Part shown: piece by piece, positions 8,876 to 18,249 of the stretch
Layout of the letters: every line of letters begins with the position of its first letter
How positions within the stretch are numbered: position 1 is the first letter of the stretch
Source of the DNA: Planctomycetota bacterium
GTDB lineage: Bacteria; Planctomycetota; UBA8742; JACQVU01; JANLHZ01
DNA length: 64,000 nucleotides
Direction of reading: 5' to 3'
Assembly (NCBI GenBank): GCA_024653775.1
Contig: JANLHZ010000037.1
Coordinates: forward strand, 1-64,000
Translations under genes and position numbers: made by a program
The notes under the pieces: generated by a model
What the model was told of the DNA's origin: nothing
The model's database searches: none
Seen by the model: only the letters and a program-made list of their open reading frames with translations

Positions 8876-9454
8876 TTGAACCCGAAGGACGATCTTCGCA
8901 TAGAGCAGATTCGAATGAAGACTCTCCCTCTCCTCGAAGAGGCGAAGCTGCTTGGAGCGATGATCGCGGAAGGGATGAAGCCCTCGGAACTGTGCCGTCT
9001 GCTTTATCTGAAGCGTAGCGATCTCGAGGAAAAGCTCGCGATAAACGAGTTCCCGAAGAAGACGAAAATGCTCGTCGGAATGGGCGCGCTCGAATCCGAG
9101 CACGTCCACCAACTACTTCGTTTCAACGGCATCTTCTCGCGCCTTCTCGAAAACCGCGACCAGGACGCCGAGCAGGCCGGGGAGTTCTTCAAGTACTGGA
9201 TCGCGTACTATCAGGAGCTTTTTGCCGTCCGATACGCCGGAAAACCCGCCGCGGAGATGAAAAGCGCGGTCGACGTGGTCTACGAGGCGTCCGTCGGCAT
9301 TATGATGCGCAAGTTCGGAAGTATGCAGGAGATGTTCCTCGAGTTCGACACGCTGAAGGAAGGATTCGCGGGATTCGTCGCGAGGCTGAAGAAATTCTGG
9401 TACAGACTCACGAAGTCGTTTCGAAAAAAAGGAAACGAGCAGCCGAAACAGTGA
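8876..9454 (+). CDS. hypothetical protein
   Basis: 192-aa ORF with a TTG start, divergent from the kamA operon. Confidence 0.45.
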   Translation: MNPKDDLRIEQIRMKTLPLLEEAKLLGAMIAEGMKPSELCRLLYLKRSDLEEKLAINEFPKKTKMLVGMGALESEHVHQLLRFNGIFSRLLENRDQDAEQAGEFFKYWIAYYQELFAVRYAGKPAAEMKSAVDVVYEASVGIMMRKFGSMQEMFLEFDTLKEGFAGFVARLKKFWYRLTKSFRKKGNEQPKQ

Positions 9455-9619
9455 GCAGGCTTGAATTCGAATCCGCCGCGTGGGGCGCAGTTAGAAATTA
9501 TGTGAACATTCGGTGAACCACGTGGCACGGGCATCCTGCCCGTGAGTATTGTTTCCCACGAACTTCATTAAAACACGGACGAGACGTCCGTGCCATGCGC
9601 CAGCACTCCCAGAGACTCC

Positions 9620-11140
9620 TTAGTCGCCGCCGGGGATTTCCGGAGGTCCGCCGGGAAGGCCTGCCGCGCCGCGGTCGCCGCCGTCCTCGATTTCGAACTG
9701 CATCTGCGCCCGGAACCTCGCCTCGTAGGTCCGCCACCACCTGCGCCATTCGTCCGCGGTCTTAGGCCCCCGCTCCGAAGTAATCACCTTCAGCGCTTCG
9801 AGAATGCACTTGTTCTGCGCGAGGGTGGCGCTGTCGAGCGCGTGCAGAAGCTGTTCTACCGCCTCGGGTTTGTCACCAGGATAGAGCAGATGACTCGCCG
9901 CGTAAATCTGGTTGAAGTCGTCTTTCCTGAGTCCGCCCAGCAGCGCTGAAAACGGCGATTTCAGAACGCCTTCATTGTTCGCATCGACGAAGCTCGTCAC
10001 GTAGGGTCCGAAGACGAGGGACTGGAGGGTCTTGCGCTCTTCGCCGGCGGTGAACGCGTGCGGCTTTAACGTCAACGTGAACTCGACTACGATCCACGCG
10101 TTCCCTTCCTCAGGCCATTCGAGCGGCTTCGCGAGGTCGATCGCAAGACGGAGCGCGTTCCCCGGCGCGAGCCTGTATGTTCCCTCGAACTGAAGAATCT
10201 CCCGCGCGGTGAAGCTCTGCGCGCTCCCGAAGGCGTCCTCGATCCGGTATTCGAGATCGATCCAGCCGACGCTGCCAATGTCGGTCAGTCCCTCGAGATT
10301 TGGCGCTTCGGGCTGGTCGAACACGAACTCGGCTGCGGAGTCCGTCCCGTTCGCAATCTCGATGACTATCGGAATGGTGTCCTTCAGTACTCCGGTCGCG
10401 TACTCTCCAGGAACGAAGCTCAGCAGTATCGACTCGGTGAGCACGTTCTGAGCGACGTCCCGCTCGACCCTCCGGAACTCGCTTCCCCGCGAAAACTCCG
10501 GCGCGAGCGTCCGTAGCGCGCGCATCTTCTCCTCCGCCTCTTCGGCGCGTCCTTCGAGCTTCAGAATCTGCGCGTCGAGAAAATGCCATTCGAGGAACGC
10601 GTCTACCGCTTCGTCGTCGAGCTGAATTCCGTCCCTGCGGGTCCGCGCGTCCGCGAGCGCATCCTGTCGCTGAGCCTCGGTCCGCGCGCTTAGAATCCGC
10701 TCTAGCGCCTGCTCCTGCACCTTACGCTTTTCGATCTCCGCCGCGATGATTCCAAGCTCGCTTTCCCGCACCGCGCCGAGGTTCTCATTTTCGATAATCC
10801 GTCCGAGCAGCACCTCTGCGTCGGGACCGATTTCGATCAGCTCGTCGATGAGATTGTTCCGCACTTCGTCCGTTAGCGCTGGAATCGCTCCTGGAAGCGA
10901 CAGCGCCGGCCCGCCTTCCGGAATCACCGGCTGTCCCGCGAGAAACGATACGATCTCGTAAACGCGCTTTTTTTTCGACGCATGGTCCTTTTCGAGCGAC
11001 GAAAGCGCGAGGCTCGTTTCGATAACGCTCATCCGCGGGACGATGCGCTCCGAGGAAACATTCTCCGACGCCACGCATCCGCCGGCGAGAACGGCAAGCG
11101 CCTGGAGCGCCACGAGAAGTTTCAGTTTCCGGAAATCCAC
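9620..11140 (-). CDS. hypothetical lipoprotein (coiled-coil plus HEAT-like C-terminus)
   Basis: GTG start with a GGAGGG ribosome-binding site 4 nt upstream. N-terminus DFRKLKLLVALQALAVLAGGC is a lipobox signal. Confidence 0.6.
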   Translation of the reverse strand: MDFRKLKLLVALQALAVLAGGCVASENVSSERIVPRMSVIETSLALSSLEKDHASKKKRVYEIVSFLAGQPVIPEGGPALSLPGAIPALTDEVRNNLIDELIEIGPDAEVLLGRIIENENLGAVRESELGIIAAEIEKRKVQEQALERILSARTEAQRQDALADARTRRDGIQLDDEAVDAFLEWHFLDAQILKLEGRAEEAEEKMRALRTLAPEFSRGSEFRRVERDVAQNVLTESILLSFVPGEYATGVLKDTIPIVIEIANGTDSAAEFVFDQPEAPNLEGLTDIGSVGWIDLEYRIEDAFGSAQSFTAREILQFEGTYRLAPGNALRLAIDLAKPLEWPEEGNAWIVVEFTLTLKPHAFTAGEERKTLQSLVFGPYVTSFVDANNEGVLKSPFSALLGGLRKDDFNQIYAASHLLYPGDKPEAVEQLLHALDSATLAQNKCILEALKVITSERGPKTADEWRRWWRTYEARFRAQMQFEIEDGGDRGAAGLPGGPPEIPGGD

Positions 11141-11204
11141 AAACCCTCCGGCGTCAGATTCCGCTCGCGGAACTCGTCGCACTCTCCCGCGAAGCCGAAG
11201 GTTG

Positions 11205-12224
11205 TCAGTACGACGTCATCGCGCGATCGCCGCGCTTGATAGGCGTGAGGACCGTCTCGATCTGGACTTTCGCCGCGCTGGCGCGCTCGAACCTTCTTTC
11301 GACGATTGCGAATGCCTTGAAGGTCTCGCCCTCGTAGATCGCGACCTTCATTCCAACGACCACGCCGTCAAGCTCGCCCTTGTTCAGAAGCACGATTCCG
11401 ATGGTTTCGTCGATGTCGAGCACCTGGAAATCGATCATTGGCCAAGGGTTGTGCGGGTCCACGCCCTCGGGGATCATTTGTTTCATCAGCGTGAGTTCCT
11501 GCCTCAGCGCTTCCGCCTCCCTCCAGAGCACGTAGTAGTTCTCCTGGAGATCGCGGTAGTCATCTTCCGCGATGACCTTGTTCTTCGTAAGCTGGGCGTT
11601 TTCGAGGACGAGCCTGTCCCTCTCTCTTCCGACGTCGAGCATCCATTTACGATAATCTTCGTTCGACGCCTGAACCGTCTGGAGGCTCGTCTTCGCGGTG
11701 CTCAGGCCGGATTCAAGCGACGTCAGCATGGCCTGCGTGCCCTGAATCTCCCTCGGCAGCGGCGAGTACTTAAGTATGGCGACGTCCGCGTTGTGCATCG
11801 CTATTTCTTTCGCTTCGACGTGTCTTGCGATTTCGCTGCGGATGCGGTCCATCTCCCGGACATGGTTTTCGCTAAGCTGGCGGATGTTGATGGTCGATGC
11901 TACCACCTTGTCGATCATCGCGATCTTCATGGAGCTTTCGACCTGCCACCTTGCCTCGTAGTTCGAATCGTCCGCCATCAAAACTGCCGTCACGCCAAGG
12001 AATCCGATACTCAGCACGAAGTTCGTCAGGACGAACAGCTTGCCGAATATGTTGAAGAACTTGGCTTTGCCGTCCATCGGCTTCGTGATTTCGCGGTTCA
12101 GCTTTTCGATACGGGAAAGGATTATCGAAAGCAGGACCAGCACGCCGACCCCGATGATGAGTCCCCAGCCGAGGGGAGTCAGTTGGAACGCTATGAATGG
12201 CATGGTTTGGAGAGAAAAGATCAT
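11205..12224 (-). CDS. membrane-anchored coiled-coil protein, hypothetical
   Basis: 339 aa with two N-terminal TM helices and a long coiled coil. Co-oriented with the 9620 gene. Confidence 0.55.
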   Translation of the reverse strand: MIFSLQTMPFIAFQLTPLGWGLIIGVGVLVLLSIILSRIEKLNREITKPMDGKAKFFNIFGKLFVLTNFVLSIGFLGVTAVLMADDSNYEARWQVESSMKIAMIDKVVASTINIRQLSENHVREMDRIRSEIARHVEAKEIAMHNADVAILKYSPLPREIQGTQAMLTSLESGLSTAKTSLQTVQASNEDYRKWMLDVGRERDRLVLENAQLTKNKVIAEDDYRDLQENYYVLWREAEALRQELTLMKQMIPEGVDPHNPWPMIDFQVLDIDETIGIVLLNKGELDGVVVGMKVAIYEGETFKAFAIVERRFERASAAKVQIETVLTPIKRGDRAMTSY

Positions 12225-12367
12225 ATTCCCACTCTGTTAATCGAGAGATCTGCGCGGGGGATGACTCGACGGGATGTGTTGATTCTTCGCTGGGGGAAAT
12301 TTGAACATGGCAATATTAGACCTGGGCCCGGATTTTGTCAAGCGAGAAGGGAAAAGGAATTAGGAAT

Positions 12368-12397
12368 AGTAGTCAGTAGTCGGTAGTCAGTGGTCAG
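12368..12397. repeat. heptamer array (AGTAGTC/GGTAGTC/AGTGGTC)x4 in a divergent promoter region
   Basis: Seen in sequence. Same unit as the array at 5385. Confidence 0.8.
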
Positions 12398-12442
12398 AAA
12401 AATGCAGAATGCGGAAGTCAGAGTGCAGAATTTAGGAATTAA

Positions 12443-12474
12443 CTACCCACTCCCTACTCCCTACTCCCTACTCC
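12443..12474. repeat. heptamer array (CTCCCTA)x4, roughly the reverse complement of the AGTAGTC array
   Basis: ctacccactccctactccctactccctactcc. Together with 12368-12397 it forms an imperfect large palindrome around the duplicated tgcagaat sites. Confidence 0.8.
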
Positions 12475-12571
12475 TAAGGTATTCACTTTTATTCTGTCTC
12501 CGAATCTGATAAACAAAATGAAATCAATCTGATGAATCCCGAAACAAGATTTCGAAGGAAAGGACCGTTCC

Positions 12572-14119
12572 ATGGGCATAAACCTCGCTTTCGCTTTGCA
12601 TCACAACGCCGAAGTGCGGCCCCGGAAGACCGCAATAGTTTTCGAGGATACGAATATCAGCTACGCGGAAGCCGGACTGATAGTCCGGAAGTTCGCGAAG
12701 GGACTTCTTGACCTCGGCGTGAAACCGAAGGACAAAGTCGCGCTGCTGTGCCCGAACACGCCGCACTTCCCGCTGGCGTATTACGCGATTCTGTCCATGG
12801 GCGCGACAGTGGTCCCGGTGAACGTCCTTTCGAGCGCCGACGAGATCGCGTACGCCCTCGACGACTCGGACGCCACCGCGCTTATCAGCTTCCAGATGTT
12901 CGCGCAGCAGGCCTCGCAGGGGTTCGCGAAGGTCGACCACACGAAACATCACGTCATTCTGACCAATGCACCCTGGAAGGAAATCCCCGCTGGCGCGATC
13001 GATTCAAGCGTCCTGCTCGCGAAAACCGAAGGCCATCTCGAGTCGATCTACTCCCCGGACTTCGATCAGACCGCGGTGATCCTCTACACCTCCGGAACCA
13101 CCGGAAAGCCGAAGGGCGCGGAACTCACCCACTCGAACCTTTTCGACAACGTCATCGTCTGCACGCACATTCTGCCCATGAACGACTCGTCGAACGTGCT
13201 CGTGGTGCTGCCGCTGTTCCACAGCTTTGGCCAGACCTGCGGTATGAACGCGACCTTCTACCGCGGCGGAACCATCGATCTTATGCCGAGGTTCGACGCG
13301 AAGGCCGTGCTTTCGAGGATCGAGAAGCGCAGGATCAATCTTTTCCACGCGGTGCCCACGATGTACTTCCAGATGATCGAAGCCGCGAAGGAAGGAAACT
13401 ACGACGTCTCTAGCCTCGAATACTGCTGCTCAGGCGGCGCCGCGCTTCCCGAGGCGGTGCTGAAGACCTTCGAGAAGATGTTCGGCGTGACGATGCTCGA
13501 AGGCTACGGACTATCCGAGACCGCGCCGGTCGCGTGTTTCAACCAGCTCCACCGCGAACGAAAGAGCGGAAGCATAGGCGTTCCCGTCTTCGGCGTCGAG
13601 ATGGACATATTCGACGACGAAGGCAACCGCGTCCCCACGGGCGAACGCGGCGAAATCGTAATCAAGGGCCACTGCATAATGAAGGGCTACTATGGCAAGA
13701 TCGAGGAGACGAAAGCCGTGATGACCGAAGACGGCTGGTTCCGCACCGGAGACATCGGAATCCGCGACGCGGAGGGCTACTACTTCATCGTCGATCGCAA
13801 GAAGGAGATGATCATCCGCGGCGGATTCAACGTCTACCCGCGGGAGATCGAGGAATGTCTCTACAAGTATCCGTCCATCGTCGAAGCAGCCTGTATAGGG
13901 CTTCCGGACGAGGAATACGGCGAGGAAGTCCACGCGTACATCGCGTTCGCGCAGGACGCCGGCGCGGAAACCCGCGACATCGCAAACATCGACAAGTACG
14001 CCCGCGAACACCTCGGCAAGCACAAGTATCCGCGGCACTACCACGTTCTTGACGCGCTCCCGAAGGGGCCGACGGGGAAGATTCTCAAGCGGGAACTCAA
14101 GCAGCAGGCGCTGAAGTGA
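12572..14119 (+). CDS. long-chain-fatty-acid--CoA ligase (AMP-dependent synthetase)
   Basis: AMP-binding motif YTSGTTGKPKGA, GYGLSET and a C-terminal PKGPTGKILKREL. Confidence 0.9.
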   Translation: MGINLAFALHHNAEVRPRKTAIVFEDTNISYAEAGLIVRKFAKGLLDLGVKPKDKVALLCPNTPHFPLAYYAILSMGATVVPVNVLSSADEIAYALDDSDATALISFQMFAQQASQGFAKVDHTKHHVILTNAPWKEIPAGAIDSSVLLAKTEGHLESIYSPDFDQTAVILYTSGTTGKPKGAELTHSNLFDNVIVCTHILPMNDSSNVLVVLPLFHSFGQTCGMNATFYRGGTIDLMPRFDAKAVLSRIEKRRINLFHAVPTMYFQMIEAAKEGNYDVSSLEYCCSGGAALPEAVLKTFEKMFGVTMLEGYGLSETAPVACFNQLHRERKSGSIGVPVFGVEMDIFDDEGNRVPTGERGEIVIKGHCIMKGYYGKIEETKAVMTEDGWFRTGDIGIRDAEGYYFIVDRKKEMIIRGGFNVYPREIEECLYKYPSIVEAACIGLPDEEYGEEVHAYIAFAQDAGAETRDIANIDKYAREHLGKHKYPRHYHVLDALPKGPTGKILKRELKQQALK

Positions 14120-14982
14120 ATTACGAATTACGAATTACGAATTGCGAATTGAATTTTGGGAGCGTGTCGCGTAAGCCACGCTTTGGAATACATCGCGTAA
14201 GCGATGCTGAAACACTTACGCGTTTCATTCCATGGAAACACTTACGTGTTTCATTCCACGTACTTCTCTGCTCCGTGTTATTGACGTTCGCGGTCGAAAG
14301 CGCTTCCGCCCAGCAGTCCCCGCCGCCGGACGATGACGCTCCCGAACAGGTCGTACACGAGGTCGGCGTTAACCTCCTTTCGAACGGCGATTTCGAATCC
14401 GCGGACGACGAAGACGACGAGCGACCCGCGGGCTGGGTTCCGTTCGACGGAATCACCGCGTTCTGGGACAGGGAGAACGGCGTCGACGACTCCGGCTGCG
14501 TATTGCTCGACAACACTCCCGAGAAGGACCAGGTGTACGAGGTTTGGGAGCGTCTCCGTCTAGACGGAGACCGCGAGCAGGTTACGGACCTCGTTCCACG
14601 CCAGGGGACGTATTCGACAATCGCGTCCACCTACGGCGCGCTCTGCTGGAGCGAATACGTCGGAGTGGAACCCGATGCGACCTACAAACTCAGCGCGGAC
14701 GTGAAAGCCGTCGGGGTCGACGATCCGGAGAAGCAGCCACTCGTGATGCTCTGGCTGAAAGGATACATCCAGCACCGTGGAAGGCTGAGAGTGATCTACA
14801 AGGGACGCAAGGAGTGTCACGATCTCACGGACGAATTCCAGAATTTCTCGCGGATTTATCATCCTACGAAGCAGACGCCCAGGGTTCACACGATGCGGGT
14901 GATGCTCGTAGCGTACTTCCCCGTTGGATACGCGTGGGTCGATAACGTCGTGCTCGAAAAGATTATCGAAGAGGAGGAATAA
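14116..14982 (+). CDS. hypothetical acidic secreted protein; true start uncertain, probably near 14230-14260
   Basis: A hydrophobic segment (HVLLCSVLLTFAVESASAQQ) acts as a signal peptide. The N-terminal roughly 40 codons of the ORF overlap repeat DNA. Confidence 0.45.
   Translation: MNYELRITNCELNFGSVSRKPRFGIHRVSDAETLTRFIPWKHLRVSFHVLLCSVLLTFAVESASAQQSPPPDDDAPEQVVHEVGVNLLSNGDFESADDEDDERPAGWVPFDGITAFWDRENGVDDSGCVLLDNTPEKDQVYEVWERLRLDGDREQVTDLVPRQGTYSTIASTYGALCWSEYVGVEPDATYKLSADVKAVGVDDPEKQPLVMLWLKGYIQHRGRLRVIYKGRKECHDLTDEFQNFSRIYHPTKQTPRVHTMRVMLVAYFPVGYAWVDNVVLEKIIEEEE
14119..14153. repeat. heptamer array (AATTACG)x4.7 starting at the fadD-like stop codon
   Basis: aattacgaattacgaattacgaattgcgaattgaa. 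Confidence 0.8.
14209..14258. repeat. tandem 26-bp duplication of a hairpin unit (gaaacacTTACGygtttcattcca) plus flanking cgcgtaag/cttacgcg repeats
   Basis: Seen in sequence. Each unit contains gaaacac/gtgtttc inverted arms. Confidence 0.7.
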
Positions 14983-14998
14983 CAATTACTAATTGCGC

Positions 14999-15040
14999 AT
15001 TACATTTTATTCGTGCCGTCTACGAATTTTTAGTAATATT
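14999..15040. repeat. PE-1 palindromic element, copy 2
   Basis: attacattttattcgtgccgtctacgaatttttagtaatatt. Confidence 0.7.
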
Positions 15041-15140
15041 TTTAGGGACGGCCAAAAGCGATTCCTCTCTCTCCCACCGGGAGAGTGCGCCCGGAGGGCG
15101 GGTAAGGGCCTTTTCAGCGGTCACGCTGTGTCTGCTGATA

Positions 15141-16622
15141 TTGTCCTCCTGCGCACGGGATCCAAACCCCGAGATCGACCGCGGCGAAATCGAACGTCAG
15201 TTCATGTCCGCGAGCACCGATGAAAAGCTGATGGTCCTCGAACAGGCCTCGAAAGCCGCGGAGGGTCAGCAGGGCGCCGCGGTGGACGTGCTCCTACTCG
15301 GACTCAGCGACGACGACCCGAAAGTGCGTATGGCATCACTCCGCGGACTTATGCCAGTGATGGATTCACGCGTCATCGAGCGGGTCAGACTCGCCGCGAA
15401 GAACGATCCGGACAACCTCATCCGCGGCGCAAGCCTCCATTTTCTCGGAATGCGCTCGGACCTCGAAAGCAGGGATATGTTCCTCCGCGCGATCGAATCA
15501 GACAAGGTCGAGATATTCTCCGGCGGAGTCGTGGGCCTTTGCCTCATTCAGGACAGGGACGCGCTCACGAAAGTCGCGCCGCACCTGAAAGGTGACGACA
15601 CGATGCGGACGATGGCCGCGTTCGAGTCGCTGCTGCTCCTTCGGGACGCGCACGTCATCGACGAGTATCTTTCCGCGTTCGAATATCACCTCGAACGTCC
15701 TGGCGATGAGATGGACATGTTCCTCTGCGCAAACGTTCTCCGCTGCGTGATGATCCGCTACGGCTACGGGCAGAGTCCGCCGATGCCGGTGGAAGTTTTC
15801 ACGAACGAGACGCCTTCGAGGGAAACCCGCGCATCGTGGCTCGCGTCTTCCGACCCCGCGAAGAAATGCGTCGCAATGGGAATCGCGGACACGGAGTCGA
15901 ACTATATCGCGCAGCTCGCCGACCTCATTTCCGACGAAAACGACTTCGTCCGGATGCAGGCCTACGGCTTCGCGGCGAAGGAAAACCAGACGAGCCTCGT
16001 CCCCGAAATCGCGCTCGAACTGACGAAATCCACCCCGACTTCGTTCGCGGAAGACGATTCCGGGTACATTCTGTACCGCGCCGCGCTGGAGTCCGTCAGC
16101 AGACTCTCTCCGCCCCAGGGGCAGCTAGAAACCGTCTGCGGCATCCTCGACACCGGCGACGGAATAGAAAGGATCATCGCGTTCGACGCAATCAGGTTTA
16201 CATCGGGAAGCAAATCCCGCGTGATCGACTTCCTTACGACCTGCGACTACAGAAAACCTCACGCGGTCGAAAAGTTCCTCCGGCTGACTCTGAACGCGGA
16301 AAAGTACGAATCGTGGATGAAAACGTTTTACGCTGACTACTCCGCGGAAATCGCCGCGCAGATAGAAAGCCGCGAAGTTTCGGACAAGGGCACGCGCCTG
16401 GAAGCCGCGGGGGAGAAGCTCGCGGCGGACGTCCTCGAAGCGATCTCGGCGGGACTGATCGCGATGCTTTCTCACGATGACCCTTCGTGCAGAGTCACCG
16501 CGGCTGGGATACTCGCAAAAGGTTTCCGGAGCTTCGGCGGCGTGGACGACGCGCTGAGCGACCTTCAGGATAGGGAAACCGACGACGAGGCAAAAAAAGC
16601 GCTCGACGAAATCCTTGGATAG
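15141..16622 (+). CDS. HEAT-repeat (PBS-lyase-like) protein
   Basis: TTG start. Repeated LLxxLxDxDxxVRxxA motifs. The upstream frame is open and encodes a lipobox-like LLILSSC, so the start may lie further upstream. Confidence 0.65.
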   Translation: MSSCARDPNPEIDRGEIERQFMSASTDEKLMVLEQASKAAEGQQGAAVDVLLLGLSDDDPKVRMASLRGLMPVMDSRVIERVRLAAKNDPDNLIRGASLHFLGMRSDLESRDMFLRAIESDKVEIFSGGVVGLCLIQDRDALTKVAPHLKGDDTMRTMAAFESLLLLRDAHVIDEYLSAFEYHLERPGDEMDMFLCANVLRCVMIRYGYGQSPPMPVEVFTNETPSRETRASWLASSDPAKKCVAMGIADTESNYIAQLADLISDENDFVRMQAYGFAAKENQTSLVPEIALELTKSTPTSFAEDDSGYILYRAALESVSRLSPPQGQLETVCGILDTGDGIERIIAFDAIRFTSGSKSRVIDFLTTCDYRKPHAVEKFLRLTLNAEKYESWMKTFYADYSAEIAAQIESREVSDKGTRLEAAGEKLAADVLEAISAGLIAMLSHDDPSCRVTAAGILAKGFRSFGGVDDALSDLQDRETDDEAKKALDEILG

Positions 16623-16629
16623 ATTCGTA

Positions 16630-16670
16630 CATCATATTCGTGCCGTCTACGAATTTACTGTACTATTTTA
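16630..16670. repeat. PE-1 palindromic element, copy 3
   Basis: atattcgtgccgtctacgaatttactgtac. Confidence 0.7.
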
Positions 16671-16705
16671 CTTCGGCGCAGGTGCGGTCGTCGTTGATCG
16701 GCATA

Positions 16706-16741
16706 ATCATACGAAAAATTCGTAGACGGCACGAATAAAGT
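16706..16741. repeat. PE-1 element, copy 4, inverted orientation
   Basis: aaattcgtagacggcacgaataaag. It forms a large inverted pair with copy 3 between convergent genes. Confidence 0.7.
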
Positions 16742-16744
16742 GTG

Positions 16745-18148
16745 CTATTCGATTTTGAACAGCCACCGTTCAGTCGATCTCGATGTCAAATTGCCTGCTG
16801 CGTCGTAAACCAGCATTTCCCACCAATACCATCCCGCGTCCGGGAACTTCGACTCGACGCTTTCGTCGCCTTCCTCGGTTCGTTCGAAGTGCATCGAAAC
16901 CGAAACGATATTTATAGGCGAAGCCTCCACGAGGCGCGCGTCTTCGTAGACGATTTCGCTCAGGGAGCTTATCGCCCGGCCGATTCGGAGTTTGTAGGTC
17001 TTGCCGCAGGGATGAGCGCTGCCGGCGAAAACCGCCTGCGGAGGAATGCTCAGTCCAGGGTCGTTTTCGTCCTGCGGATTCACGCCGATTCCCTGGATCA
17101 CCGAGCGGGACTTCGGGCTTTGGAGCGTAATCGCATCGTACAGATCGAGCGTAACTTCCCGCGGTTCCCCCGATATCGTCACGGTGATTATTTCCGGCGT
17201 CGGGATGCCGGTAATCCCGGCGGAAAACTCGTTTCGGACTATCTCCCGCGGAAAGTAGCAGCCCGAAAGCGCGGAGATCGACGGGTTGTCGATTTCGTAG
17301 GTCACGAGCACGTATTCGCCGGGAGGGACGCTGACCATGAATTTGCCCTGCTCGTTCGAGCTGAGATAATCTGTGCGGTAGTAGTTTTCGTCCGTTGCGA
17401 CCACGAAACGCATCAGAATGTTTGCCACGGGAGATTCGTTCTTTCGCAGCTTGACGTAGAAGTGCGTCCCGTTCGGATTCGGCGGAATCGGCTTTCCGGA
17501 CGGCTGCTCCGCGGAGAACCGCAGATCGACGAACTCGTAAGGCTCTCTGGTGAAGCTCCCGAACGGCGGCGAGTCCACGGGAAGCGTAGCTATCCTGCCT
17601 TCGTTTTCGAGGTTCAGAATCGCCTCGTCGGGCGAAGGTTCCGAGAAGAACTGGTAGCCGCCTTCGATGGCGTCGATTCCGACGTTCGTATCCTCGCCGG
17701 AGTTTGCGAAGTACATGGGCGGGCCGGGATCGTCTCCCTGAACAAGCTCGAAATTATCCGGCTTGAACGCGATCAGAACCTTGTCGGCGCTGACATCCTT
17801 TATCTGCAGAACGACGTTCCCGAAGATCAGAAGCCCGCGGCTTTCCTTAAGCTCGACGTAGTTTACGCCGGAGAGAACGCCTGGGCCGTACAGAAGTCCT
17901 CCTTCGGACGGACGGTACCACCATTCGAAGTAGATCGAGTCGCCGAAGCGTTCGCGGTCTGTATCGTTTTCGCGGATATAGATACTTCGGATCATCATTC
18001 CGGAGTACCGGTTGTTCCTTTTGATGATGAGCACCTTGTTCTTCTCCAGGAAGAAACCGGGGCTGACTTCGTCCTGCGCGCTCGCTGGCGGCGCGTAAAG
18101 AATCATCGCGAACATGAGAATCGCGGCGAGAAGAACTTTGTTTGTCAT
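16745..18148 (-). CDS. hypothetical secreted protein
   Basis: Start at MTNKVLLAAILMFAMILYAPPASAQ, a signal peptide. Roughly 467 aa mature, predicted beta-rich. Confidence 0.6.
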   Translation of the reverse strand: MTNKVLLAAILMFAMILYAPPASAQDEVSPGFFLEKNKVLIIKRNNRYSGMMIRSIYIRENDTDRERFGDSIYFEWWYRPSEGGLLYGPGVLSGVNYVELKESRGLLIFGNVVLQIKDVSADKVLIAFKPDNFELVQGDDPGPPMYFANSGEDTNVGIDAIEGGYQFFSEPSPDEAILNLENEGRIATLPVDSPPFGSFTREPYEFVDLRFSAEQPSGKPIPPNPNGTHFYVKLRKNESPVANILMRFVVATDENYYRTDYLSSNEQGKFMVSVPPGEYVLVTYEIDNPSISALSGCYFPREIVRNEFSAGITGIPTPEIITVTISGEPREVTLDLYDAITLQSPKSRSVIQGIGVNPQDENDPGLSIPPQAVFAGSAHPCGKTYKLRIGRAISSLSEIVYEDARLVEASPINIVSVSMHFERTEEGDESVESKFPDAGWYWWEMLVYDAAGNLTSRSTERWLFKIE

Positions 18149-18249
18149 TTGTAAATCCAGACGGGGGCTACAGGCATAGTTTATACCGGAATCCGCCAAA
18201 GGCAAGGCATCTGCTTGTATGAGCCCTCGTCGCAGCTATAATCGATCTG

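Noticed and set aside
12362-12480. Heptamer arrays considered as a CRISPR-like array
   Set aside because: The units are 7 bp with no unique spacers and no cas genes. They are simple tandem microsatellites.
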